Source: a virus (Duplodnaviria > Caudoviricetes). Taken from it: 30,852 bases of DNA. A model generated the notes under the pieces. The model saw only the letters and a list, made by a program, of their open reading frames with translations. It had not been told where the DNA came from and did not search any database. The stretch spans positions 1 through 30,852 of the IMG/VR virus record IMGVR_UViG_3300014613_000077; one strand, given 5' to 3'. This document shows positions 15,641 to 24,675 of the stretch, in pieces (within the stretch, counting starts at the first letter, position 1; each line of letters opens with the position of its first letter). Made by a program: the position numbers and the translations under genes.

Positions 15641-16042
15641 ATGCCAAACACTGAAACCAAGAAAACGCTGGTAGACTTTCTTCCCAAGGGTGAGGACCAA
15701 GAGGATGATGAAGCTTTACTTGCTACTTTGATAGGAGAAGACGGCAAGCTTAAGGTTGATGATTCCCTTCCTCCTGAATACGAATTGGAACTCATGGCAG
15801 GCCAGATGCTTGAGCATATTGCTGCGTATAAGCAGGCAAGGCAGAATATGAGAAGTGCCCGTAACGCAGGGAATCATTCTCAGGCTGAAAGCTTTTTGAA
15901 ACAGATGAATTTTAATCGAACGACAGCAGCCATAATTCAAAGTGAATTTCCGAAGGCGAAGGCGATTGCAGACGAGATCGCCAGGATAAGGGTAAAGCAG
16001 ATGCAAACTCAGCGCCTTCAAGCATTAGCAAACGAAGAATAG
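15641..16042 (+). CDS. Helical hypothetical protein
   Basis: SD AAGGAGG; acidic N-terminus, helical C-terminus. Confidence 0.8.
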   Translation: MPNTETKKTLVDFLPKGEDQEDDEALLATLIGEDGKLKVDDSLPPEYELELMAGQMLEHIAAYKQARQNMRSARNAGNHSQAESFLKQMNFNRTTAAIIQSEFPKAKAIADEIARIRVKQMQTQRLQALANEE

Positions 16043-16054
16043 CGGGGGTGAACC

Positions 16055-16465
16055 ATGGGGACTACGGTTGAGACGGTCTTACCATTAGGCGAAGGCCAGG
16101 CTAAATCTGATCGAGTGGCGATAATCAATAATCCGTTGAAGGGTAGTTTTGTAGCTGATGATACGGATAACCATGACTATCCTGTAGCATCTATCGGGAA
16201 AGGAAGAATGACTGTTGCATTAGATAATCAGGCTAATCAGGATGCAACGGTTACAATCTATGGGATGCACGATGATGCCGGAACTGTTGGAGATATAGGG
16301 ACGTTCTTAATAGGATCGTTTACAGTAACCGCTCTAAACGATAAGGGCTATGAGGTTATAAACGATCCGTTTCCCTTTTACCTAATCCGGGTTGCTTATG
16401 GTGTAACCCCAACTGACGATCCCAAGAAGACTACTACAGTCTATATGGACCTATTCGCATTTTAG
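16055..16465 (+). CDS. Beta-sandwich virion/decoration protein (putative)
   Basis: SD GGGGTG; beta-strand pattern ending PFPFYLIRVAY; located in the structural module. Confidence 0.6.
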   Translation: MGTTVETVLPLGEGQAKSDRVAIINNPLKGSFVADDTDNHDYPVASIGKGRMTVALDNQANQDATVTIYGMHDDAGTVGDIGTFLIGSFTVTALNDKGYEVINDPFPFYLIRVAYGVTPTDDPKKTTTVYMDLFAF

Positions 16466-16474
16466 GAGGTAGAG

Positions 16475-17989
16475 ATGTTAGGCAAAGTGGGCGGTAGTTT
16501 AGGTAAGTGGGCTCGCTATATCAATGCTAATGATACTTCAGCAGCATTGACAGTAAATCAGCGTGGCTCGGGTCTAATATTTGATTGTCAAGCGGGGGGA
16601 GTCAGTAAGTTCTCGGTTAGTAATACGGGGGCCGTTTCAATAACTGGAGCAATTACGGTTGTTGATGATGTTCTGTTTACCCTGGGAACTGATGCCGATG
16701 GTGTTCTCCTTAATCGAAGTACATCATTAAATGCTAACACGGCCTTAACGGGAGTATTTATAGGCACGCCTGTTACTCCGGCACTGGCAGCTAATACCCT
16801 GATTATCGCTAATAAAACTGCGGACGGCGATATACTGCTTGCTGCCAATGATGGCGGTAACTCAAAGGCTTGTCTATTCTTTGACGCATCTGCACCTGAT
16901 CTCATTTTGTACAATGTTGGAGGGACTTGGACAGCAGGGGCTACGACGTGGACAATCCCTTCCGTGACACTAGGTGGGGGAGTAGCAGGCGGCGACCAGA
17001 GTTTCACCAACGTAGGCGATATGACCTTCGCTGCTGGAAGCATCCTAGCTTCTGGATCGACTAGCAGTAACACTCTGTTGCTTCGAGCAAACGATACGAC
17101 GTTTATTACGTTTACGACCGGGGCGACTGATACCTGTGAAATAGCCAATGCTACAATTACCACGCCTATTCTTGCTTCACTTTATCAAGCATCTGGTGGA
17201 GGGTTGATTTCTATTCCAGCCAGTGTAGGAGTAGATACGATCTGCTTACTTGGAGCAACCCAGGAACTTGATGGGAAGACCATCGACTCAGCAGTAGCTA
17301 AGGGAACTTGGACAGCATCAGGCACTTGGACAATTCCTGCGGTAACACTGGGAGGTGCTGTTGCTGGTGGTGATCAAGCGTTTACTAATGTTGGTGATAT
17401 GACTTTTGCTGCCGGGAGTATTTTAGCTTCGGGGTCAACAAACGGGAACACGTTATTGTTTCGAGCAAACGATTCAACCTTCATCACGTTTACCACTGGA
17501 GCTACCGACTCTTGCACACTCGGCACTCCGATTACACTCGATTCAGCTCAGGTATTTTTAGGCGATAAACTACACCTAGGGGATGGCGCTACTGACTTGG
17601 GAGTGGGAGCCAATGAGCTGGCTTTCACAGTGCGATCAGACACGGATAATAGATGCAGCTTAAGGCTACACAATGATGGCAGAGACAGGGCCTTTTCTCT
17701 TGATTTAGAGCCGGGAAGCAATACGCCAAATTTGCAACTTTGGTATCACGCTGGCGCATGGGTGAATATCCTTAATGTTAGTAGCGTGGGTGCTCTTTCA
17801 ACTATCTTGTCGGTTGATACTCTAACCTACAAAGTTTCTGGAACTCAAGTAGTTGGGGCAAGAGTAGTAGATGCTGGAATAAACGATGCGATTGAAGTAG
17901 CTTTCGGAGTTGCCTATCCTAATGCATCGGCAGTGTTGACAGCACTTCAAGCTGGGATACAAGCACATGGCTTAATAACAGCAGCTTAG
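16475..17989 (+). CDS. Second fibre-like virion protein with an internal ~72-aa duplication
   Basis: SD AGGAGGT; T/G/A-rich; C-terminal V.GTQVVGAR...L.A....HGLI resembles head-fibre ends. Confidence 0.7.
   Translation: MLGKVGGSLGKWARYINANDTSAALTVNQRGSGLIFDCQAGGVSKFSVSNTGAVSITGAITVVDDVLFTLGTDADGVLLNRSTSLNANTALTGVFIGTPVTPALAANTLIIANKTADGDILLAANDGGNSKACLFFDASAPDLILYNVGGTWTAGATTWTIPSVTLGGGVAGGDQSFTNVGDMTFAAGSILASGSTSSNTLLLRANDTTFITFTTGATDTCEIANATITTPILASLYQASGGGLISIPASVGVDTICLLGATQELDGKTIDSAVAKGTWTASGTWTIPAVTLGGAVAGGDQAFTNVGDMTFAAGSILASGSTNGNTLLFRANDSTFITFTTGATDSCTLGTPITLDSAQVFLGDKLHLGDGATDLGVGANELAFTVRSDTDNRCSLRLHNDGRDRAFSLDLEPGSNTPNLQLWYHAGAWVNILNVSSVGALSTILSVDTLTYKVSGTQVVGARVVDAGINDAIEVAFGVAYPNASAVLTALQAGIQAHGLITAA
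16922..17515 (+). repeat. Intragenic duplication: 16922-17137 and 17303-17515
   Basis: GTWTAGATTWTIPSVTLGG...TGATDTC versus GTWTASGTWTIPAVTLGG...TGATDSC; near-identical protein with many synonymous DNA differences. Confidence 0.9.
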
Positions 17990-18014
17990 AATAGAAGTCG
18001 TAGGAGCAAGCCAA

Positions 18015-18533
18015 ATGGCAACTGGAGCTAATACTTACGGGACAGTAGCCGGGGTAGAAAGACTAATTGGAGATATCGTTACCTCCCGGACCTTTGGATC
18101 CGGGACTGTACCGACTTTAACTCAGGCTGAAGCTGAACTCGATAACGTGGCTGCTGAGATAAACGCTGAGTTAGATGTTTATGGCTATACAGTACCGATA
18201 AGCTCAGCGAACTATGCGACGGCTTATGCAGCAGCCAAGGCAGCTAACGAATACGGGGCTGCTGCTCGGTTACTCGGTACAATCCCAGCCGAAGCTTATA
18301 ACTCGGATGAAGACATTGAAGGGACTTCCCCTTCTCGATCAGAGATGTATGAAAGGCTTTTAACTCGCTTTCTGAAAAGAATCAAGGAAGGAAGATTAAG
18401 GGCAGGAATGAGAGAAGGACGATTATCTAATACTTATTCCGGGAGCCGGTTAGATGATGATAGCGAAGTAAAAGTACCATTCTTTACTCGGGATATGGAT
18501 ATGTATCCCGGATCAAGGAGTTTAACTGAGTGA
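18015..18533 (+). CDS. Head-tail adaptor (Mu gp36/DUF1320-like)
   Basis: YGTVA.V, EINA.L...GYTVPI, L..I.EG and FTRDM motifs. Confidence 0.75.
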   Translation: MATGANTYGTVAGVERLIGDIVTSRTFGSGTVPTLTQAEAELDNVAAEINAELDVYGYTVPISSANYATAYAAAKAANEYGAAARLLGTIPAEAYNSDEDIEGTSPSRSEMYERLLTRFLKRIKEGRLRAGMREGRLSNTYSGSRLDDDSEVKVPFFTRDMDMYPGSRSLTE

Positions 18534-18970
18534 GCCAGGCAAGTGTTGAGGCAGCGATAGTAGCTACCATAAAGCTACACGCAGATTTTGATGATACCAA
18601 CTGCGTGCTAAATGATACTCGCTATCTAGCTAAAGGATTAAACAGATTAGCCATAGTCTCTTATAATTCGCACCGCCAAGAAGCCGCGACTTTAAAGATG
18701 GATAAAAAGTTATGGAATTATAACGTTGATGTTTTAGTTCCCTGGCGAGGCGAAATGACTACTCTAGAGAGTTCAGTTGCTACTGAGACTCAGAAGGTCT
18801 GTGACATCCTAGCGCAATATCCGAGGCTTAATGGGACATCAGGGGTATTAAGAACCGAAATGACGCTTTCTACCGCCCCAAATTTGATTACACAGTCTAA
18901 GGGGGCCTATAGGGGTAGAAGACAAAACCTTCAAGTAACAGAGATAATTGATCCGGGAAGGGTAGAATGA
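18530..18970 (+). CDS. Putative tail terminator/completion protein
   Basis: GTGA overlap; size and position among neck genes; helix-strand pattern. Confidence 0.55.
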   Translation: MSQASVEAAIVATIKLHADFDDTNCVLNDTRYLAKGLNRLAIVSYNSHRQEAATLKMDKKLWNYNVDVLVPWRGEMTTLESSVATETQKVCDILAQYPRLNGTSGVLRTEMTLSTAPNLITQSKGAYRGRRQNLQVTEIIDPGRVE

Positions 18971-19452
18971 AGGTTGTCTTTGAAGCTAAGGGGATAGGGG
19001 AATTAACAGGTCAGCTAAGAACTGCTGATACTATCATAAACATCAGTATAAATGAGGGCTTGCGTATGATGGGCCATTTATTCGTACCTGCAAAGGGGAC
19101 AGGCCCGTTAGCAGATGAGACACCTAAAATCACCGGAAAACTGGCGCGATCTTCTTATTTTGAGGTTATGGGCGGGCCGGAAGATCAGAGATTGGAAGTT
19201 AAACAGCCTGCTCAGTCTGAGAATGGCGTATTTTACGGATATATCGTTCGAGAAGGACGGGGGCCGGTTCATGCCAAGAATGTCAAGGCATTACATTTCT
19301 ATATTGGTGGGCGAGAGTTTTTTAGAAAGTCAGTTGGTCCGGCGGCAGCTAATCCCTATCATAAGAGGGTTTTTGCAAGATTAGAGTCTGATGTTCAGAA
19401 AATCGTTAATGATATGGGTAAGAGGATAGTAGCGACCTTATCAGGGAAATAA
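18967..19452 (+). CDS. HK97 gp10-like neck/tail completion protein
   Basis: TP..TG.LARS, Y...V.EG, KNVKALHF...FRKSV and A.NPY motifs. Confidence 0.8.
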   Translation: MKVVFEAKGIGELTGQLRTADTIINISINEGLRMMGHLFVPAKGTGPLADETPKITGKLARSSYFEVMGGPEDQRLEVKQPAQSENGVFYGYIVREGRGPVHAKNVKALHFYIGGREFFRKSVGPAAANPYHKRVFARLESDVQKIVNDMGKRIVATLSGK

Positions 19453-19453
19453 A

Positions 19454-19888
19454 ATGGTAACGACCTTTTTTGATTCAGGCTTGAGCGTATTTCAGATAAC
19501 CGATACCGGAGGGACACTCAGGGATATTTCAGCCTATGTAATCGCAATCAGAGGTCTTCCCGGGGAATATCCTTTATATGATGTTATGGCCTTTGCCGAT
19601 GAAGGTATGACTTCAGTAAAGGGTAAGCCGAATATAAGTTTTGAGGTTGATCTAAAGTGGTCTGTCGATGCTAATGTGGGGCCGGATACTGTCTTAGAAC
19701 CTTTAGTTGAAAGCGACAATGCGGTTGCCTTTGATTATGGCCCTCGCGGTAAATCAGCAACGAATACAAAGTATTCAGGGAACTGCCTTGTCGAAAGGTT
19801 TGTGATTAGTTCTGTTATCGGAAGCGATATTGAAGCTACCGCCTTCTTAAGGGTAAACGGGAAAGTAACGAGAGGTACTTATACATGA
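19454..19888 (+). CDS. Tail tube protein-like paralogue 1
   Basis: DISAYV, DV.AF.D....VKG, F.YGP.G, KYSG.C and V.G.VTRGT motifs of siphoviral tube proteins. Confidence 0.75.
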   Translation: MVTTFFDSGLSVFQITDTGGTLRDISAYVIAIRGLPGEYPLYDVMAFADEGMTSVKGKPNISFEVDLKWSVDANVGPDTVLEPLVESDNAVAFDYGPRGKSATNTKYSGNCLVERFVISSVIGSDIEATAFLRVNGKVTRGTYT

Positions 19889-20613
19889 GCAGGGGATCAG
19901 GGAAGTCAGCCAAAGTTTACATGGATCAATACGATTATTCAGGGCGTACCAATGCCATTGAATTACTGATAGATAATGTTCTGCCTGCGGTTACTGCTCC
20001 GAATGATTTAGCCGAAACCTTAGTGGAAGCCAAGCTAAAGAGTTCGCTTAAATTAAACGGCTTCTTTGATGGTGTAGCAAATCAATACGATCAGCATACT
20101 TGGGCAGCTATAGATGGGAATGAACATAAGGTGGGAGCTTACCCCGGAACATTGGCTCCCGCCGGAGCTATAGGCTATGAGCTGTTAGCCAGAATTAAGG
20201 ATGAGCCGCGAACCCTGGAGGTAGAAGGAGCAATCCTGCTTAATGTTACCTGGCAGGGCGATAACATTGTTAGATCAACCGTACTCTATAACGGAGCGAT
20301 TACTGCTACTGGCGCTAAGACCGGACAGAATGTTGATGCCAGCACTGCGGGGCAGATATATGTCGCCGTATTAAGAGTGCTGGAAGTAACAGGTGCCGGC
20401 TCAATCACAGTTAAGGTACAGGAATCATCTGATAATGGAGTTGGCGATCCTTATGCTGATTTAATTACCTTTGATGCAGCTACCGGGATAAGCGTACAGC
20501 GCAAGACAGTAACTTCAGCTACGGAAGCCTATAAGCGAATAAACATTTCAGCCTTTAGTGGATTCACTTCAGTTACCGTGATGGTAGCGGTGGGAATAGA
20601 AAAGGGAACTTAA
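19885..20613 (+). CDS. Tail tube protein-like paralogue 2 with C-terminal beta-sandwich domain
   Basis: N-terminal half aligns by eye with its neighbours (LPAVTAPNDLAETLVEA...LNG); C-terminal half has V.VQESSDNG...ADLITF...AYKR. Confidence 0.65.
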   Translation: MSRGSGKSAKVYMDQYDYSGRTNAIELLIDNVLPAVTAPNDLAETLVEAKLKSSLKLNGFFDGVANQYDQHTWAAIDGNEHKVGAYPGTLAPAGAIGYELLARIKDEPRTLEVEGAILLNVTWQGDNIVRSTVLYNGAITATGAKTGQNVDASTAGQIYVAVLRVLEVTGAGSITVKVQESSDNGVGDPYADLITFDAATGISVQRKTVTSATEAYKRINISAFSGFTSVTVMVAVGIEKGT

Positions 20614-20624
20614 GGAGGTAAAAC

Positions 20625-21038
20625 ATGGCAAGAATACCAGGAAAGAATGCAGACTTTAGTTTTGATTTGGTACAGATCGAAGATGAACTAGAGTCTATCG
20701 AAATGCTAACCGAGGTCACATTACCGGATGTAACTGCTTTTGCTGATTCAGCCGATACCTGTGTGGAAGGATTACCCAAGAATAGGTTTACGCTAAACGG
20801 GGCTGCTGATCTTGCTGCAAATCAGGGTGATGCTAAAATTTATGGAGCTATCGGTGCCGGACCTAAAGCTTATGTGTCTGATCCTACGGGAAGTGGACCG
20901 GGAGCAGATGCGCCCACTTATGGCGGCAATGCGTACGTTAAAACATACCGCTTGACCTGTTCAGTAGTTGGCGCGATAACCTATTCTGCTGAACTTCAGG
21001 TTAGCGGAGCCAATACCAGAAATGTAACCCCGCCATAA
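20625..21038 (+). CDS. Tail tube protein-like paralogue 3
   Basis: SD TAAGGAGGT; LPDVTAFADSADTCVEGL...LNG, YGG.AYV..Y and ITYSAELQVSG motifs. Confidence 0.75.
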   Translation: MARIPGKNADFSFDLVQIEDELESIEMLTEVTLPDVTAFADSADTCVEGLPKNRFTLNGAADLAANQGDAKIYGAIGAGPKAYVSDPTGSGPGADAPTYGGNAYVKTYRLTCSVVGAITYSAELQVSGANTRNVTPP

Positions 21039-21064
21039 ATGTAACCTAATAAAGGAGGTATGTA

Positions 21065-21523
21065 ATGGAAGGAGAATCCAAGATTCCGGTAAAGCGGATA
21101 CCAAGCGATGATTGTGCTGTTTTCCTGAATCGGATAATTGATTTGGAAAAGGAGACAATCATTGACCCGGGAACACCTTATTATTTACACAAAGGAGAAT
21201 GGGTTGAGGTTATCCCCTGCTTAACCATGTCTGATCTGATCATGGCAAATCGGCTATCTGGCATGGCGCAAAACTTCTCATTAAGCAGGGCAGAAGATTC
21301 TATTACTCAACTATGTAATGGATTAACTAAAAGGATTATGGCTTGGAATTGGACAGACTTGAGGGGAAATCCATTATCACAACCAAGGGATAATCCTCAA
21401 GTTTTCCTTGAGCTTACTGCCGATGAGCTGGTTTACCTGATCGGACTTATGGGAAATGAAACAAAGAGCGAACGAAAAAACGCCTGTATGCCCTCCGAAA
21501 CAGTATCTTCGGGGGGCATATAA
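21065..21523 (+). CDS. Tail assembly chaperone (gpG-like)
   Basis: I.AWNWTD..G.PL motif; between tube and tape measure genes; ends in ERKN at a slippery site. Confidence 0.8.
   Translation: MEGESKIPVKRIPSDDCAVFLNRIIDLEKETIIDPGTPYYLHKGEWVEVIPCLTMSDLIMANRLSGMAQNFSLSRAEDSITQLCNGLTKRIMAWNWTDLRGNPLSQPRDNPQVFLELTADELVYLIGLMGNETKSERKNACMPSETVSSGGI
21475..21481 (+). other. Programmed -1 frameshift slippery heptamer A AAA AAC
   Basis: X XXY YYZ pattern in the chaperone reading frame; the -1 frame is open from 21460 to 21729. Confidence 0.8.
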
Positions 21524-21729
21524 CTGAGGCTGAAATGATAGGTGCAGTGTGCGAGACTTTTCACTGTCTACCGGATGTAGCCTTAAGGCAGAATCCTAAT
21601 CTGGTAATCCCGGTTATGGAGGCCAGATTAGCGAGAGAAGCCAAGGCACAATATGAAATCGATGCTTCTAAAATGACTCTTTCAATGGCTAAGATGTGGA
21701 AGGAGCTTACTGATGGCGAGTCTGGCTGA
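21481..21729 (+). CDS. Frameshifted chaperone extension (gpT-like)
   Basis: The -1 frame reads RLYALRNSIFGGHITEAEMIGAVCETFHCLPDVALRQ...; C..F.CLP..A is typical of these extensions. Confidence 0.75.
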   Translation, partial: RLYALRNSIFGGHITEAEMIGAVCETFHCLPDVALRQNPNLVIPVMEARLAREAKAQYEIDASKMTLSMAKMWKELTDGESG

Positions 21730-22771
21730 GCTTTTAATCTTAATCAGGGCCAGAGATGAGGCTTCGGGAACTATTGATAAGGTTACGAAACAGACGGTTC
21801 AATTAGATCGCGCTTTCCAGAGCGTAGGCCGTCAAGCTGTACTAATGGGAGCTGGGATTGTAGCTGCGTTCGGTTTGGCGGTAAAAGCCTATGCTGAGCA
21901 TGATCAGAAAATGGCAGCGACTCTAAATAATGTCAAGAATAGTTTCAACCAGCTTCGGATTTCAGTAGGTCAGGCGGTAGCTCCATTAGTAACGTATTTA
22001 GCAGAGTTGCTAAACAAGACAATAGCCTGGCTACAGGCTCATCCGGCATTATTGGCAGCCGTATCAAATTTGGGCCTAACCTTTGGTATTCTTTTATCTG
22101 TAGTCGGGCCGATTTTAATCCTCCTGCCAAGCCTCATAGCAGGGTTCAAGCTGCTGGCAGCGTTCTTTATTGGATCGTTAATACCTGCAATATCGGCAAC
22201 CGCAGTAGCTGCCTGGAATGCAGTAGTGGCTCTGGTTGCGATGTTAGCCGCCTCGGGTCCGGCTGGATGGGCGATGCTGGCTGGGTTTGGAGTCGCTTTG
22301 GCCGGGGCCTTAACTTCGGTGGTAATGATAGGTAAGGATGTTATATCTTCATTTTCAGCGCAGAATACGGCAATTCAGGAAACATCTAATTCTTATAGTT
22401 CTTTAGCAATTGCTGCCGATAGAGTAGCCGAAAGCCAACAGAAAATAACCTTCGCTCAAGAGCAGAATATCTTAAGCCTTAAGAGGCTAAATCAGGAAAC
22501 TGAACGCTATATGGCTTTAATGAATGCAATAACCGAATCTTCTTCCAATCTAGCCTGGCAAAAAGCTTGGGCTGGAAAAGAATTATATATGACTGAAAAT
22601 ATCTATCCTTCTGCGTTTGGTGGAGGGGGCGGTATTCCCACAAAGGGCATGATTCCTATTGAAGGGCTACCTGGGCCAATTACTATCAGGGTCGATCTGG
22701 CTAATCCTTATGGTGAATATGTTGTAGATTCTGCTGGAAACGTAGTGCGTAAGCGGGAGGAAGTCGAGTAA
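21713..22771 (+). CDS. Short tape measure protein (352 aa)
   Basis: N-terminal L.I.IRARDEAS motif, VGP...L hydrophobic Ala/Gly-rich segments; follows the chaperones. Confidence 0.85.
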   Translation: MASLAELLILIRARDEASGTIDKVTKQTVQLDRAFQSVGRQAVLMGAGIVAAFGLAVKAYAEHDQKMAATLNNVKNSFNQLRISVGQAVAPLVTYLAELLNKTIAWLQAHPALLAAVSNLGLTFGILLSVVGPILILLPSLIAGFKLLAAFFIGSLIPAISATAVAAWNAVVALVAMLAASGPAGWAMLAGFGVALAGALTSVVMIGKDVISSFSAQNTAIQETSNSYSSLAIAADRVAESQQKITFAQEQNILSLKRLNQETERYMALMNAITESSSNLAWQKAWAGKELYMTENIYPSAFGGGGGIPTKGMIPIEGLPGPITIRVDLANPYGEYVVDSAGNVVRKREEVE

Positions 22772-24675
22772 TGGCCTTGATGCGGGTCAAGCTGAGTGAT
22801 GGGACTACTACCGTTGATCTATTCTCAGGTAGCGATGCGCTCTTGCTAGAGTCAGCCATTACTATGCCGCCGCCAAAGGTAAGCGATAGCTACATTACAT
22901 CTCGATTTGAAGATGGAGCTCCATTGGCCTATGCAGTCTATGAAAACCGGACTATTACCTTGCCGATTAAGATTTGGGGCTCATCCCTATCTGATCTAAA
23001 AACTAATGTCCGGCAGATTCAGAGAATGCTTAACGATGCTCAATATCGTTCTCTTAAGGGATATGGAGCAAAATATTATCTTGAACTACAGTGGGGGGAT
23101 TCTAACGGAGAATCTACCTTTTTTGATGTAATGCGTGGCGATCTTAGACTGCCTACCGGATATCTGGGCGTTCTTTTAGTGAGAAGATACTTTATCGTTA
23201 ATGCGCTTCTAACCTTGGAATGCCTTCCCTTCGGAAGATATACGAATCAAAGTATAAATTCAGCGACGATAGATAATTCGCAGAGTACATACGATGTTAT
23301 TCAGTCCTATTTAGAAAATGACGATGGTAGTGATGATATTAATGCTGCTAATGATTGGGCAGCGCAGACATTTACCACGCCGTCAGCTTATTCATTAACA
23401 AGGGTAGCTATATATATTAGCCGGACTGGTTCACCGGGAACGATTACCGTAGAAATTTATGCTACCTCGGCCGGAGAGCCTACTGGAGCACCGTTAGGAA
23501 GTACGACAGTTAATGGAGATTTGATACAGACAGTCGATAATGTCTGGCTAGTAGCTACGTTTGGGACTCCGGTATCGTTATCTAACGGCGTTCAATATGC
23601 CTTGGTAATTCGCGGTGCTGGCTTCGCCGGAGCTAATTATATTTCATGGCGTAAGGATACTGCAGGCGCTACGTTCGCAGGCGGGAATAAATTATTTTCC
23701 ATTGACGGCGGAGCTACTTGGGCTTCTTCGGCCGGAACTGATTATCTGTTTGTCTTATATACTTCAGAAGCTCAAGTTAACTATCAGGATATCTCTACTT
23801 CAGAAGGCTATGGAGATGTACCTGCCAGGATGTATATAAAACTTGCCCAAGCTTCAGCAACCGGAACGAAGAAAGTTTGGGTTGCTAAGCGAACCGGGAC
23901 TAGGCAGACTGATGATCTATGGCTAGAAGGCGAAGACTATTCTTCGTTTACCTCCATAGAAGCCGGGCCGGATTACTTTAGCTATCCGGCCTATTTTAGC
24001 CAGGCTTCGGGAGATACGTATGCCCGGATGCTGGCTCAGATTGGAATAGGTAGTGAAAATGACGTAGAAATGTGTCGGCTAAACTTTACCATTTCCACGG
24101 TTCCAAGGGGTCAATTTAGAGTTCTAGCTCGGGTAAGAGTAGTCTGCGATGATGCTAACGATTATGATCATCCCGGCTTTGGAATAGGCTGGAGCTATGG
24201 AGGACGTACTTATTCGCCTGTAGAAGCAAATGGAGAGTATTACACAGTTTCAGCGCATAACACCTGGGAAACGCTAGACCTTGGGCTCTTAAACTTACCT
24301 CCGGTCCAGGAGAGCGAAATTGCAGGCAATAATACGATTGAGCTTAGATTATTCATTAAAAGTCTGGATACGTTTAGTATTGGCGAAGATTATAACATGG
24401 ATGTAGACTTTATCTTCTTGCTTTCGATAGATGAAGGCATAGTCATAGTTGCCGATGTGATCAACACTGATACTCTAGCTATTGATGGTATTTCTTCACC
24501 AAAACAGGTTTATACCATCGATGGGAGCGATAAGGTATCTGATATACGCAATTCAAAGGGCATTCCATTTGATCTTGGGCGCGAGAATACCAGAATCTAT
24601 ATTCTCCGGGATGATAACAAGGATATGGATTTTACTTCTACGATTACATATCAGCCGAGGTATTTAGTAATATGA
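22771..24675 (+). CDS. Distal tail (Dit-like) protein with inserted putative carbohydrate-binding domains
   Basis: YENRTITL.I.I.G and LTLECLPFG Dit-type motifs, terminal Y.PRYL; inserts such as AQTFT...SPG.ITVEIY....GEP.G. Confidence 0.7.
   Translation: MALMRVKLSDGTTTVDLFSGSDALLLESAITMPPPKVSDSYITSRFEDGAPLAYAVYENRTITLPIKIWGSSLSDLKTNVRQIQRMLNDAQYRSLKGYGAKYYLELQWGDSNGESTFFDVMRGDLRLPTGYLGVLLVRRYFIVNALLTLECLPFGRYTNQSINSATIDNSQSTYDVIQSYLENDDGSDDINAANDWAAQTFTTPSAYSLTRVAIYISRTGSPGTITVEIYATSAGEPTGAPLGSTTVNGDLIQTVDNVWLVATFGTPVSLSNGVQYALVIRGAGFAGANYISWRKDTAGATFAGGNKLFSIDGGATWASSAGTDYLFVLYTSEAQVNYQDISTSEGYGDVPARMYIKLAQASATGTKKVWVAKRTGTRQTDDLWLEGEDYSSFTSIEAGPDYFSYPAYFSQASGDTYARMLAQIGIGSENDVEMCRLNFTISTVPRGQFRVLARVRVVCDDANDYDHPGFGIGWSYGGRTYSPVEANGEYYTVSAHNTWETLDLGLLNLPPVQESEIAGNNTIELRLFIKSLDTFSIGEDYNMDVDFIFLLSIDEGIVIVADVINTDTLAIDGISSPKQVYTIDGSDKVSDIRNSKGIPFDLGRENTRIYILRDDNKDMDFTSTITYQPRYLVI

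Noticed and set aside
16588-17163. 191-aa minus-strand ORF opposite the fibre gene
   Set aside because: Reads as a shadow of Thr/Gly/Ala codons (V/P/A/S-rich), with no motif or expression signals, unlike the 8727-9434 ORF.
16922-17515. Possible diversity-generating retroelement TR/VR pair
   Set aside because: Differences are mostly synonymous and not adenine-specific, both copies are in frame in one gene, and no reverse transcriptase is in the window.
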